Part shown: positions 1 to 12,940 of the stretch, in pieces
Layout: each line of letters begins with the position of its first letter
Position numbering within the stretch: position 1 is the stretch's first letter
Assembly (NCBI RefSeq): GCF_902713615.1
Contig: NC_052172.1
Span: 6,429,337-6,493,336 of the forward strand
Direction of reading: 5' to 3'
DNA length: 64,000 nucleotides
Source of the DNA: Scyliorhinus canicula
Lineage: Eukaryota
The notes under the pieces: model-generated
The model's input: the letters and a program-made list of their open reading frames with translations, nothing else
Told to the model about the DNA's origin: nothing
Databases searched by the model: none
Made by a program: the position numbers and the translations under genes

Positions 1-1269
1 CAACCGGAGATCCTGCTCACATGGAGGTCGGCGGCGCCACCCAAGGCCGCAGACTGTCTGTCCGAACCAGCCGGATTGCTGGAACAGATCACATTGACCA
101 TCCGGGGCCGGGGGCCTGTTCCAATCCACAGGGAAACAGTTCACCAACATCTTTGAGGACCTATTTCTCACTCGCAACTCGGAGGGAATGTTTGAGCAGG
201 CGGCGGGGGGTGGGGGGGGGGGGGGGGGGGGGGGGAGGAGGCAGAACTAGTGGGGATGGACGGTGGATGCGGGGGGGAGACAGTGCGAGGGAGGGGTGAA
301 GATAGCACCCATAATACAGGTAAAACAACAAGTGTTGGGCACAACAAGAGTACGGCGGCCCCGAAAAGTACAACAGCAACACGTCTCAAGAAATTGGCAG
401 AGTCCTCAGGGGTCACCACCTTTGGCTGGCCTGGTCCTGAGGTGCTGTAGGCTGAGACTACTCAATGGCGTAACCCACCTCTCCCCCCACGACCCCCCAA
501 GTCACACCAGGTTTTTTCTTGTGTTTTGCTGTGCTAAACAACAATAAACGTCTAAATTTGTAAGTATTAACAAGTCTGGCAAGATGCGCACCGCAAGCGA
601 ATAGTTTAATCGCAGTGTCTAGGTTGAATTCAAAGATGTATCATACTTATTTCTGTTATTTTGGTAGAAATAAATGTAATCGGATTAAAAATATGTGATA
701 CGTGTGTTTGTTATAAAACTAAAACCTTTCAATGAAAAAATGCTTTAAAATATATATATGGCTGGGCCGAAGCTGTCATGATGTAACAGTCCACCGTGCC
801 TACATGTCGGGATCAGTGAGCTCAATTGCCTTCTCTTAATCCAACCAATAGGCTCACCGGGGCAAAGTGGCGTTTTCATTTTCTACTGACGGTTTCTGGG
901 GTTCTGCCCGGTCTTCTCCTGCTACAGGTTCAAGAGAGTTGAATCGCTTCGCTCTGCTTCTTTGTGAGTGGCTCCAGGAGACTGACTGACTTCTTCCTGT
1001 GCCGGTCCGCGCGCTCATTAAGCATATTCCAGGCAGTTGTGTGTCGCAAGGTCCTACAGCGCCCCGTGCTGCATACACCATGTCAGTGTAAAAAATCTTG
1101 CTTTGGTTTCTGATATTGACAACCTCTGAGGTTGTTGTCATCCTATTTTTTTTCAGAATAGTAGAAATGTTTGGGGAAAAGTACGGAATAATCCGTTGTA
1201 TATTTCGCCAATAGATCACTTTCATTCTACCCCGTCTTTTCGTAACCAGAAGCACCCTGTTGACAGAAT

Positions 1270-1719
1270 GTTCCAGCACCGCACTATTTTACCCTTATTG
1301 TTTTCTGCCCAGTTTGTGTTTTTGTTTAGAACTGCTCGTCTCTCTGAGACCGTTAACCTCCCCTGTGGATTTATTTAACTGGTGCCTATGGAGGCAGACA
1401 CATACTGCATCCCATCCCCAGGGCCTTGTCTGTATCACCATATATCAACAGTACTGGAGCCGTCCAAAATGCGCTTTCGTTACATTCTCTCCCCAGGAAA
1501 TGTAAATACCGCGGTGGGAATCTGTCGGATCATCTGCTTGTTAATATCTGAAAAGAGACAGGGAGAGGAGCAGGCCAGTAAATTGCGACTATCTGGAAAA
1601 GGAGTAAAGAGTGAGTAAAGGACCATTATGACCGAACTCTCTCGTTTGGAATATCCTTATGGAGAAATAGGATGATCAGACCCAGTAACAGAAGGGCTTT
1701 GTCTCGAACTTTACTGCAT
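1270..1719 (-). pseudogene. TCR V pseudogene (psiV-a), degenerate leader plus V exon
   Basis: Acceptor ctctccctgtctcttttcag|AT at 1547 opens DINKQMIRQIPTAVFTFPGERM*RKRILDGSSTVDIW*YRQGPGDGMQYVSASIG. This is a V FR1-FR2 pattern with Cys changed to Arg (CGC) and in-frame stops. Leader-like exon at 1661-1719 (..KALLLLGLIILFL) has its donor changed from gtaagg to ataagg. The 3' end decays after NSAV (~1275) and no RSS is recognisable. Confidence 0.7.
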
Positions 1720-4449
1720 TAAAAAGGTGCGACCGTCAGCGATATTGTGTGGTCCTCTGGTGGGCAGCCCGCAATTTTCAAATGATTGAGGATAGCAGGA
1801 AGAGAAAATCATTCAGCGTTCAACACGCCCATTCCTTCTCCAATCAACCAAAATGGATGTTTGCCCTCTATTAGCAATGGCTCACTGAAAATTGTGCATA
1901 ATTTATATTGTTCGTGTGTTCTTTGCTCATCGGAAATGCAATCATCCAATCTTGGAGCCCAAATGACCACCTCTGGTCATCAGCCAGATGCAGGTTCGGA
2001 GTTCACCACGTGTCACTGAAGGCTGAACGAGCCGAAGCAGCCGACAACGAGAGGCAGAAGGTGCAGAAACAATCGGCTCACAGGGTGACATGCTTGTGTT
2101 CATTATTGCGTCTATCGCCATCAGGAGAAATAATGAAGGCCCCCTTTACGAATACCCCAACTGTGGAAAGTCGAACACCGATGTAACATCAGCATTCCCG
2201 CTCAATCAGTAGGAATTATATGGAAGAGGTAGTGTGTCTGTCGTTAACAACGCTAATGTCTGAAAATCAGGATGATTTAGATGTCAATTTATTGGCGGGT
2301 GAATCCCGGATCCACTGGATTCAGCTCCTCGCTGCGCTATTCCATTGGAGCAGCATTTCACCTCCTCCCTTCCCAATATGCAGCGCCCAAAAACATTGCT
2401 TCCAGGCGAATCAGGAACGCTATTTTACTATTGCCTTGTTAGTCTGCTCAATTTACTGTACCCCATGCTGTCTCCTTTAGTTTGGGGGAACCAAACACAT
2501 TTGTGGACCATCTCCATTCAGGCCTCAAGCGTGAGGTTGAGATTCCAGCCACGCCTCATTTTAACTCTCAGTCTCACACCCAATCTGGCTGCTCTGAGAT
2601 GGGCAACTTGCACATATACGTTGGAGCTCAAGGGAAACGTATGGAACAGCACGTCATTTTTATTGGTCACTTTTCAGCTTTCCAGAGTCACATGAATTTC
2701 AGGAATTTTTTGTCGCAGCCAATACTCACATCCTTTTTAGAACAAGGATCTTGGCAATGCTTTTCTTCCGTTCATTTCTACCTTCTCTAAGCCGAACTTT
2801 ATTCTCTGCACTTGACCCAGTGAACCCACCTATTGCCTTGAACAAACATCCCTCACATCACTGATCCTCTGATACTTCCAGTCTATCACTGATCTTCTCT
2901 TTTGGTTCTTTCCTCCCCTCCCCGTTTCCCTGACTCTGTGCATACTTAGACGTCATTACAGTTCCAAAATGTTACATTTCTGATGAAAGGTAACAACCTG
3001 TAACTTTAGAACTGACCCCAGCACGACAATCTCCAGCAAGGGTTTGTAAACGGCCGGCTTTAGAAGCCAGCGCTGCTGTGACACCAATCTGATCCCCGTT
3101 AAACGCCCAGCCAACTAAGCCAATCAGGCACCCGAGGGGTTTTGCATCAGTGGCAGGGGGAATGAATGTTTCAGCGGCTCCACGGATGTACATAAGAAAG
3201 ATGAAGCAGAATCGTTTGAAAATGGTTCCCATAACCGAAATGTGGAAGACGAAGAACTGGAGAATCCTCTCGGTATCCTGGGGAAGAATTTATCCTCCTA
3301 CCGATTTCACTGAATCAGCATATTGGATTGGATTGGATTTGTTTATTGTCACGTGTACCGAGGTACAGGGAAAAGTATTTTTCTGCGAGCACTCAACAGA
3401 CCATTAAGTACTTGGGAAGAAAAGGGAAGAAAAGAAAATACATAATAGGGCAACACAAGGTATACAATGTAACTACATAAGCACTGGTGTTGTGTTAATA
3501 TTTGAGAATTGTTACATTGCTGGTGTCGGAATTTTTTGTGCAATAATTTGCTTCCGCATTGCTGGCATTTAAAAAAATACTTTATTGTCCATGAGGCTTT
3601 GTTGACGCAGCTCGAACTATATACATCGCTTCAAGTTAAACTCGTTTGAGCATGCAGAGAAAGTTAAAAATTGGAACGATTCGTGGGATGTAGCCCTGAG
3701 GCCCATTATTGATCGCCTTTGCACTGAGCCGCTGGCTAAGCCACATCTGGGGGTATTTAGGCGCCAACTACATTTCTATGGGCCTGATGTGAGATGTCAC
3801 ATTTCCGTCCTTAAAGGACATCAGGGAGCCAATGAGGTTTACGACTAACATGATGGTTTGACAGTCAATATTAATAAGTCTAAATTTCCTTCATTCAGTT
3901 ATTGATTGAATTTATATTGGGACCAGCTGCCAGGGTGTGTTTTGAACACTAACCCCTAGAGTTTCAGCGTGGACATTTGGATTTTGCGCGTCAATTGACG
4001 TTATAACTTCAAGTACAATTCGAGGAGAACATTACTGTCACTGTGTGGAATTCTTGGAACTCCCTTCTAAATAGTTTAGCAACACAAGAACTGCACTTAT
4101 TCAAGAGGTTAGCGCCCCCCACCTTCTCGACGGCAATTGGAAATGGACAATAAAAGTTGGCCGAGCCAATGATGCTCCAATCCCAGGAGCGAGCACCTTC
4201 AAACTATTTTTTGTATTATGACAACAGGAAGTAATCTGTGCGTCTGCCCTCTGGTGGTCACGAAGGACCTGCAGTAGGGTCTCAACATTGAATTTCATCA
4301 TTGTGGGCATTTGGCTAGGTGCAGTTATCCATTTGCAAATGGTATAATATAACCCCTCTCATAATTGGTAATTATTTTCAGTGTGGATGAAAAAGTTTAC
4401 TACCTGTTTCCTTCTGCAATACGCTTAGGGGTGGCAGGTCTGAGGTTCA

Positions 4450-6550
4450 AAAAGCGATAGTAAATTGCATTATAGTGAGTGGGATTGCCACCTTTTACTG
4501 TGGGAAGGAGCTGTGATGCCAGCCCGCTGCTAGGTTTCAAGACACCTGCTCAGGCCTGAAGAGCAACCTGCCGTGGGTAGTCGAGGTATTCGTGGTCGTG
4601 GTCCATGTAGGTCCAAACTACAAAGGGGTCTACATTGGAGGACGAGGAATAACGTTCTGCAACATCAGAATGATGAGTTTGGGACCAATTTACGAAGCTC
4701 AAAGGAAATAACGTCTGGCTTAATTCCTGGCCCACGTGCAAATTGGCATAGTGCGAATTGTGTTAGAGAAATTAATACGTTACTCAAAGAGTGGTGTGGG
4801 CGACGTTGGACCCCGTTCATGGGGTACCAACACCAGTACTGGAAAAAATAGGCTCTTTACCTTTGGGACGGTCCACACGCTAACCTTATTGGGGCTGATA
4901 TTGCAGTGAGTTACACATCTGGTACAGTAGTAAAGCATAGAAGTAGAGAGGGTGGAGGCAGGGGTTTAAGTTTGGGAGGTTGTGGTATGACAAATAGTAA
5001 ATACAAGATAAATGAAAAAGATACTATTGTCGTAAATTATGAACAAAGAGTGGTAGGAAGGGACAGAGTATACAAATGTAAGAGTATGTTAGCGGGCTCC
5101 GTGTCTGAATGCACATTGCTTTCAAAACAATATTAAGGAATTAGAAGCGCATATGGAAATTAATCAGTACGATTTGATAGCTATTACAGATATGGCTGCA
5201 GAATGACATAGATTGGGACACGAATATCAAAAGGTGTGTGACATTTATGAAGGACAGGAAGTTAAGAACAGCGTTAGCTTTGAAATTAATGATGGTATTA
5301 TCACATTAGGGAGGAATCGCCTAATTCCAGAAAACCAGGATATAGAACACGTTTGGGTTGTGACGGCAAATTATAAAGGAAATAAGTCACTTGTGGGAAT
5401 GATGTACGGGCCTCCTAATTGTAACTACACGGTATAGCAGAGTATAAAAGAAGAGATAACATGAGCTTGTTGGAAATGTATCCCAATAATTATGGGGATA
5501 CAAATCTGCATGGGCAAAGGTAGGGTAGATTAAGAATTCAGAGAATGTTTTCGTGATGGTTGACTCGAATAGCCGGTTCTGGAGCAAACCAGATTTGGTG
5601 GGGGGGGGGGGGGGGGGGGAAGGGGGGGGGGGGGGCTACACTATATCTGGAAGTATATAATGAAATAAGATTAATTGCTAACCTCGAAGTAAAACAAGGT
5701 AGCAGCTTCGTAATCTGATTGAATTTGGCATTCATTTTGAGGGAGAGAATAGGCCGTCCAGGGCGAGTTCTTCAAACATAGACAATGGCAATTAAAGCGG
5801 AGCTAGCGAGAGTGAACTGTCAATATATTTAAGGGATAGATCAACAGAGGTCCAGTGGCAGACATTTAAAGCTTTATTTCAGAATGTACAGAATAGATAC
5901 ATTTCAATGAGAAAGAAAAACTCTAAGGGCGGGCTCGTATTCTTCAGTTAACTGAAAAAAGTTAAAGACAGTATTAATCTTAATGAAAAAGCACATATTT
6001 GCACAAAGACGAGTGGCAGATCAGAAGATTGGCAATGATATAAAGAATATAAAATATGACAAAAAGATTGATAAGGAGACAAAAACTGGAGTACGAAAGA
6101 AAACTAGCCAGTCATGTAAAGATGGTAAGAGTTTCTATCCATAATTAAATAAGAAAAAGGTTGAGGAAGTCAGCATTGTGAAGAATATCTGGGGAATTGA
6201 TGGAAAGTAGGACTATGGTGGGTGAATTTAACAGAGATTGTGCACGGGCCTTTCTTGTCCCGGACACAGATTACATTCAAGAAATAGCTTTAAATCAGGA
6301 ACTGGAAGGGCAGGGGAACGCCTGAAAGTTACAATCATCAGGGAAGTGGTATTTAGCAAATTGTTGGGTCGGTCGTCTGACATAATCACGGGTCTGGATG
6401 GACCCCACACCAAAGCCTTGAGAGAAGGGGCTAATGTGATAGTTGGGCTTTGCTTTTCCATAATTGCCCAGATACAGGTTCAATTAGATTTGAAGGTAGA
6501 AAATGCAACTATTTATCCAAAATGTAGAAGAGACAGAAAACGATAGATCA
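4450..6550 (+). mobile_element. Old CR1 LINE: ORF1 esterase remnant and decayed ORF2 endonuclease/linker
   Basis: GTN..ITSGLIPGPRANWH..VREINTLLKEWCGR..FMG..HQYW..WDG resembles the SGNH-esterase ORF1 of CR1. Downstream are decayed YDLIAITETW-like and YRPP-like motifs. Confidence 0.7.
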
Positions 6551-6639
6551 GTTTGTAAGTGACCTTCCTGTAGACTCCCTTATTTCCCATTTATTTTTCT
6601 TCATCGTTATCATTTTGTTCCATTGATATTTAATGGACA

Positions 6640-7305
6640 TAGACGTTTAAGTCAAGCAGAGGAAGTGATAATCACAAAAGGTGAAACATAGAGCACTGTG
6701 CTATTGAAGATTTAGCTTTTGAACAGCAGAACTCAGACTTTCTCACAGCCAAGACATCAGACGGATTCGGTTCAATTGGTTGGCCGTTTACCAATGAATT
6801 TGCCAAAGGCGACATTCTACCAACTACAGGCGGTGATTGGGTCCTCGCCATGTTGGGTGGTTTTCAGAGAACCCAGGAATGTCCAGTCGGCAGCAGGAAG
6901 CTGAAAGAAGAAGCTGTGAGCTACTGTCCCACTCTCTCTCTCTTTCTCTCTCTCTCGCTCTCTCTCTCCAGAAAAGTTGTCTAGCTGCAGATTTCTGTAT
7001 CTGCAGAGACATTTTAAGACCTGGATGAATCTGCAGTGAAAACCATTCCAAACACCTCCAACTGAAGAACTAGAGTGAAGAAAGGTGTACTGGAAGACAT
7101 CCATCTGAAAAGACTTTCATTTTTTTTATCTTTACACCCGTCCTCTTCTCTGTGTCTGTCTGTCCTGTCTGTGTGCAGACTGGCGCGAGCAGAGTGGGGT
7201 GGGGGCGGTTAGGAACTGAATAATAGTTAACTAGTTGGATTTGCTGTCTATTTACCCATAGTTACTGTTTTTAATAATCATGAATTGTGTTTAACTTTAT
7301 AAACC
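6640..7305 (+). mobile_element. Possible solo-LTR-like repeat
   Basis: Internal (CT)n, GT-rich block and AT-rich 3' part typical of fish and shark LTRs. No TSD or PBS was verified. Confidence 0.25.
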
Positions 7306-7307
7306 TG

Positions 7308-7540
7308 TAGAATTTGTAGTGCAGAAGGAGGCCATTCGGCCCATCGAGTCTGCACCGGTCTTTGAAAAGAGCACCCTAATTAAGCCCACGCCTCCACCCT
7401 ATCCCCGTAACCCAGTAACTCCACCTAACATTTTGGACACTAAGGGACAATATACATTGGCCAATCCACCTAACCTGCACATCTTCGGACCGTGGGAGCA
7501 AGCCGAGCACCCGGGAAAGCACAAATTCCACGCAGACAGC
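7308..7540 (-). mobile_element. HE1-type SINE fragment
   Basis: Reverse complement of the HE1 body and CR1-like tail. Confidence 0.75.
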
Positions 7541-7559
7541 CAAGAATATAGTTATTGTA

Positions 7560-9740
7560 CAGCCAATCAAGATCAAAGACTTTAGGTATTTTCTAATAAT
7601 TATGGATTTCAATTGCTTTGCAACTCCGGGTCCAGTGGTTCAATTTAAATTTGGTATGGACAACGAAATCGACAAGTTCAAAAAACAGGTTTTGGATTGA
7701 GGGAGTAGATTTCAACAAAATAAGGCAGGATCTGGCCAAGGCAGACTGGAAAGAGGTACCCGAGAGGAAACCTGCAGAAGAGTAGTGGGATGCGTTCAAA
7801 GATGGAATGGGGATGGTTGAAGCCCAATATGCTTCCTCTATGGAAATACGTAGGTGTAACAAACCCTGCGTGACTAGAAACAAGCAGGATGCGATGAGAA
7901 CGGAAAGAGAGGCTTACAACAAATATAAGGGGCACAAGTCTGCAGAGGCATTAGCGGAGTACAGAAAGTGTCGGATGGAGTTTAAGAAATTAATTAGGAG
8001 AGCAAAGAGGGGCTATGAGAAATGTCTGGCTGGTAGTGAAAATCACAAGATATTCGATAAGGATATCAATGGGAAGAGGATAACCAGAGAAAGGGTGGGG
8101 CCCATTAAGGAGCAAGGGGAAAGCCTGTGGGTGGAGCCAGAGGACATTAGGAGGGTGTTGAACGAATATTTCACATCTGTCTTCTGCCAAGAGGATGAGG
8201 ACTTAGCTATGGAATTCGAAGGTCAATTGTGAGGTTCTTGAGCAAATTGTCGTAATAATCTGTATTAGTGTCACAAGTAGGCTTACATTAACACTGCAAT
8301 GTAATTATTGTGAAATCCACTAGTTGTCATATTCCGGCGCCTGTGCAGGCACGCTGAGGGAGAATACAGAATGTCCAATTCACCTAATAAGCGTGTCTTT
8401 TGGACTTGCGGGAGGAAGCCGGAGCGCCCAGAGGAAACCCATGCCGACATTGATATCTCGGTAGTACGGTAGCATAGTGGTTAGCACAATTACTTCTGAG
8501 CTCCAGGTTCGATTCCCGGCGTGGGTCATTGTCTGTGCAGAGTCTGCACGTACTCCCCATTTGTGCGTAGGTTTCCTCCGGCTGCTCCGGTTTCCTCCCA
8601 CTGTCCAAAGATGTGTAGGTTAGGAAGATTGGCCATGCTAAATTGTTCCTTAGTCTCCAAACTTGCCCTTAGTGTTGGGTCGGGTTGCTTTGTTACGTGG
8701 ATACGGTGGGGTGGGCTTCGGTGGGGTGCTGTTTTCAAGAGCTGGTGCAGACTCGAATGGCCGAATGGCACCCTTCTGCATTGTAAATTCTATGATAATG
8801 AGGGGCCTAAAAGTGGACAAATCTCCACGTCCGGATGATTTGTATCCCAGGCTGCTGTGGGAGGCAAGCGAGGTGATTGCCGGGGCTCAGGTCATATTTG
8901 TAATTCCTCTTTCACCACGGGGTAGGTGGCAAAGGACTAGGGAACAGCTAATGTGGTCACTCTATTTAAAACAATTTGTAGAGGCGAGCCAGGAAACTCC
9001 AGAGCAGTGAGTCTCACGCCAATGGTTGGGAAGCTACCGGTGAAGATTCTGAAGGAGAGAATGTATCTCCAATCGGAGAGGTAAAGTTTTATCAGAAATA
9101 GCCAGCATGGCTTTGTCAGAAGAGCGTCACGCCTGATGAATTTCATTGCCTTTTTGAGCATGTAATCAAGTGTATATATGAGGGTAGTGTAGATTATGTC
9201 GTTTACCTGAATTTCAGGAAAGCCTTTGACAAGGTCCCACATGGGCGACTTATTAAGAAGGCAAATGCACATGGGATACAGGGTGATTTGCTAACGTGGA
9301 TTCATAATTGGCTTATCTGTCGGAGATTAACACGAATTGTTTTGACTGGAATGACGGGGGTTGAAGGGCGTCCTGATGGAGGTTTACAAAATTATGAGGG
9401 CATGGACAGAGTGGACAGTCAGATGCGTTTTCCCAAGGTGGAGGATTCAATTCCTAGGGGCATAGGTTTAAGGTATGGGGTGGAAAGCTTAGGATGTGCG
9501 AGGGAAGTTTTTTTACACAGAGGGTAGTGGGTGCCTGGAACTCGCTGCCGGAAGAGGTGGTGGTAGCAGATAAAATAGCAATATATATGAGTTATCTTGA
9601 CGAATACATGAATAGTATGGGAAAAGAGGGCTACTGACCCCAGAAGTGCAGAAGGTGTGAGTTTAGACAGGCTGCATGATCGGCACAGGTGTGGAGGGCC
9701 AAAGAGCCTATTCCTGTGCTGTACTTTCCTTTGTTCTTTC
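7560..9740 (+). mobile_element. Decayed CR1 ORF2 interrupted by SINEs at 8.25-8.8 kb
   Basis: KSPRPDDLYPRLLWEA, SQHGF and FRKAFDKVPH-like motifs, plus a CR1 3' tail at ~9720. Confidence 0.8.
8255..8795. mobile_element. Two SINEs back to back (8255-8450 minus; 8460-8795 plus, HE1-type)
   Basis: tRNA-like head ggtagcatagtggttagcac..ggttcgattcccgg and the shared tails. Confidence 0.8.
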
Positions 9741-9804
9741 TTAAATTAGGAAATGAAATAGAATGTTACCATTTGTTATGAAGGGAATTGATTAGAATTG
9801 ATTA

Positions 9805-10100
9805 GTGGCCAGCATTGTTGCTTCACAGCTCCAGGCTTCCAGGTTTGATTCCCGGCGTGGGTCACTGTCTGTGTGGAGTCTGCACTTTCTCCCCGTGTCT
9901 GCTTGGGTTTCCAACGTGTGCTCCGGTCTCCTCCCACAAGTCCAGAAAGACATGCTTATTAGGTTAATTGGACATTCTGAATTCTCTCTTACTGTACCGA
10001 ACAGGCGTCGGAATGTGGCGACCAAGGGCTTTCCACAGTAACTTCATTGCAGTGTTAATATAAGCCTACTTGTGACAATAATAAAGATTATTATTATTAT
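9805..10100 (+). mobile_element. HE1-related SINE
   Basis: cacagctccagg..gattcccggc..gtcactgtctgtgtggagtctgcac; (att)n tail. Confidence 0.85.
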
Positions 10101-10104
10101 TCGA

Positions 10105-10450
10105 ACCGTGGGAATATTTTGCTTCAGTTTTACAGGGCACTGGTGAGACTACACTGGAGTATTGTGTACCGTGTTGGTCTCCTTATTTAAGGAAAGATTT
10201 TAAAGCATTAGAAACACTCCGGAGAAAGTTTGCTGAACTGGTACGTGGAATAGGTATGACATGAGGAAAGCTTGGAGAGGTTAGATTTGTGACAACTGGT
10301 GTTCAGAAAAGTAAGAACCGACTTGTGATTATATACTTCGTGGGAGAATCTAGAACTACGGGTTGCTGTTTAAAAATAAGGAGTCGCTTTTTTCAGAGAG
10401 ATGAGGAGAATATTTTCTCATAGTGAGAATTGAGTGAGCCTTTGGAACTC
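10105..10450 (+). mobile_element. CR1 3' RT fragment
   Basis: LVRLHWSIVYRVGL/HLEYC-like region, decayed. Confidence 0.65.
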
Positions 10451-11735
10451 TTCTTCAGAAAGATGTGCTGGCGAGGGATGTGAGTGGGAAAAGAGAAAAG
10501 TTGTTCCGAATACGGTGAGATGAAGATAAGTAGGAGGGAAATGATATGAGAATAATAAATGGCTCGTTCAATCTGTTGTGCCCGCGATTAAGCGTTTGTA
10601 TGACCTTGACCTGTGCTCTATAATTCCATAATCCCTTAATTCCCGTAAAAATGATTTCATCTTTCAAGCTCAAGGAGTTTAATTACCCATCTGAGAACCG
10701 AGTTAAATTATTTATTTTGCAGAACTCCGGAATGCTTAGAAAATTGTTCAAAGACAGCGCGAGTCTGATAGAGAAGTGGGTTAACGGTTCTCAACAACTG
10801 TTTGAACGGCTGTCAGGAGGCAGGTGTGTAGTGAGAATGGTATCTGAAGAGAGGTCGCAAGTTTGCACTTCGAATCGTCCGTGGCACGTTTAACATTTCG
10901 AGGATTAACTGTTTCCTATATTAGGGGAGGGGTGGGGCTGTTCCTCTTGCAACAGTGAAAATAAGAGGACATTTGATAGAGATTTTGAATATCATGAAGC
11001 GTTTTTACAAAGTAAATAATGAGAAAAGCAGTAGGATCTCCTATCAGCTGACTGGATGATCTTTAAGTAGGAAACATTGTTTTAATGAAATGGCAGAAAC
11101 AGAGAACATAGGGTTCGAATGAGCAATTCGCCTTCTCGATCCTCTCTGTCATTCAATTAGTTCATGGACCTTCTAATTGGACGCCATTTGCCCTCGCTGT
11201 GCATATACACCCTGATCAGCAGATCAGTGGGGATCTTTGGATCAGCAGATCAACAAGAGATCAGTAGAATCCTTCTCCTGAGTGAATTGTATCATCTGGG
11301 ATCGCACTGTTTTAAGGACCATGTCAGCAAAGTCCATGGCAACTTTTAAAGATAATGGGAGAAATACATGAAGCGGAATATTTTTACGGCTTTTGGAACG
11401 GGTCAAGAGAACGTGAATTAATCAGATAGATCTTTCAGAAAGCAACTCGCACTCTGGACCGAGTGGCCTTCTCGTCAGTTGGATCGATTTCTGATTCTAT
11501 GATAAGCAACGCATCATTCGTCACGTGCTAACGAATAATCCTTTTGGAAAGTATATCGCAAAGGTAATGCGGAATTTTAATAATCAATAACACATTGACA
11601 TGGTCTTATGTGAAAGAGAGAAAATGGTGAATCAACATTGATACAGTAAGAAATCAGGGTTAATGTTACTTATTTAAGCGCTAAAATGTAATTTATGACG
11701 TTCAAGAGCTAAACACATACATTGATAGATGAGAG

Positions 11736-11870
11736 NNNNNNNNNNNNNNNNNNNNNNNNNNNNNNNNNNNNNNNNNNNNNNNNNNNNNNNNNNNNNNNNN
11801 NNNNNNNNNNNNNNNNNNNNNNNNNNNNNNNNNNNNNNNNNNNNNNNNNNNNNNNNNNNNNNNNNNNNNN
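11736..11870. other. Assembly gap (135 N)
   Basis: Run of N. Confidence 1.
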
Positions 11871-11874
11871 TTCG

Positions 11875-11913
11875 GGTTTTTGTTGAGCCCCTCTATCTCT
11901 GTCAGTCAGTGTG
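11875..11913 (-). other. 23-RSS of V-b
   Basis: CACACTG + 23 nt (actgacagagatagaggggctca) + ACAAAAACC. Confidence 0.95.
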
Positions 11914-12804
11914 CAAACTCCAGGCGCAGTAATACACTCCCGAGTGATTGGCCCACAGGCTGGTTGCTTCGAGGTAAAAGTGAGTGTCCTTGTTTTTTCT
12001 GGCGGTGAAACCTTCCACCTCACCGTTGTGATTGATCATGTTACCAACGGAATAGAAAAGGTTCTGAGGCTCCCGGTCATGATGCCATCGATACCAGTAG
12101 AAATTGCTGGCAGCAGTTGCTTTTCTGTAAATGCATTCGAAGCGAACCCGACTTCCCGGGGAACTGGAGATAAGAGGTGGAGTCTGTTCGATCTGCACGG
12201 ACGCCACATCTGTAATACAGAGAGTGATAAGACTGACCTGTTAACGTGGAGACCCCTTGAGTACAAGAACGGCAAAATAAATAAATTGGATGGGGGGTGG
12301 GGGAGAAGGAGGGGAATGAATCAGTGAGCTACGGATAGAGAAAGAGCGAAGACCAGGTAACAGGTGAGAGGGGAGAAGGAGAGAACCAAAGGCAAGCGAG
12401 AAAACGTAAAACACAGTCAAACCAAAGACAATTCCAGTTCACGAAAGGAGTGAGATGAAGAGTGGCGGAAAATCATTGCGGGGGGGGCTGAGAAACAAGT
12501 GGACGAAGGGAGGGTTAAACTGAAGGGGAAAATTACGAGACAGGTCGTAAGAGAGAAAAACAGAGCGGCAGCGATTTAAAGAACGCGTGACAGGGAGAGG
12601 AAGATAGTGAGAAAGAGAGTCAGCGGCAATCAGCAGAAGCAGAGAGTCTAGACATTTAGGCGGTTTAAAATACGCTCGGAATGTTGATTAAACTCTAATG
12701 GGCGCACACAGGGCAATAAAAGTGAACATCACTGACACCTCAAAAGCCAGTTCCTCCTTACCCGGTAACAGTTGCAATAGAATCCAGAGCGCTGACACAA
12801 ACAT
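11914..12804 (-). CDS. TRBV: TCR beta V segment V-b (TRBV30-like), intact
   Basis: Leader exon 12804-12762 (MFVSALWILLQLLP, donor gtaagg). Intron ends tacag. V exon 12209-11914 reads DVASVQIEQTPP..FEC..FYWYR..LFYSVG..SGVYYCAWSL, open and in frame, followed by a 23-RSS. Confidence 0.9.
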
Positions 12805-12928
12805 CCTTAAAGAGTGTTTAGTTGTCGAATAATTCTGGAATATTAAAATGTCTGGTCATGAATTCGGAGTTACTGAATCGTCTCCAAGTTCAACGTAAAA
12901 CAGCAAAGGATCAACTTCTTATGTCGTT

Positions 12929-12940
12929 CGTCATTTCCTG
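12929..12940 (-). promoter_or_regulatory. ETS/half-CRE composite upstream of V-b
   Basis: Sense strand CAGGAAATGACG. The CGTCA begins 125 nt from the leader ATG. A second CRE-like TGACGTTA lies at 12996-13003. Confidence 0.55.

Noticed and set aside
205-240. G/C homopolymer runs (also 5598-5635, 51677-51699, 58368-58388) giving poly-Gly/Pro ORFs
   Set aside because: These are simple low-complexity runs inside repeats or introns, with uncertain length. There is no evidence of function.
770-1010. Minus-strand QEEVSQSPG..LLNL*Q..RNRQ resembling a V FR1
   Set aside because: It has no conserved Cys or Trp in register, no YxC motif, no RSS and no convincing leader. It is too weak to call.
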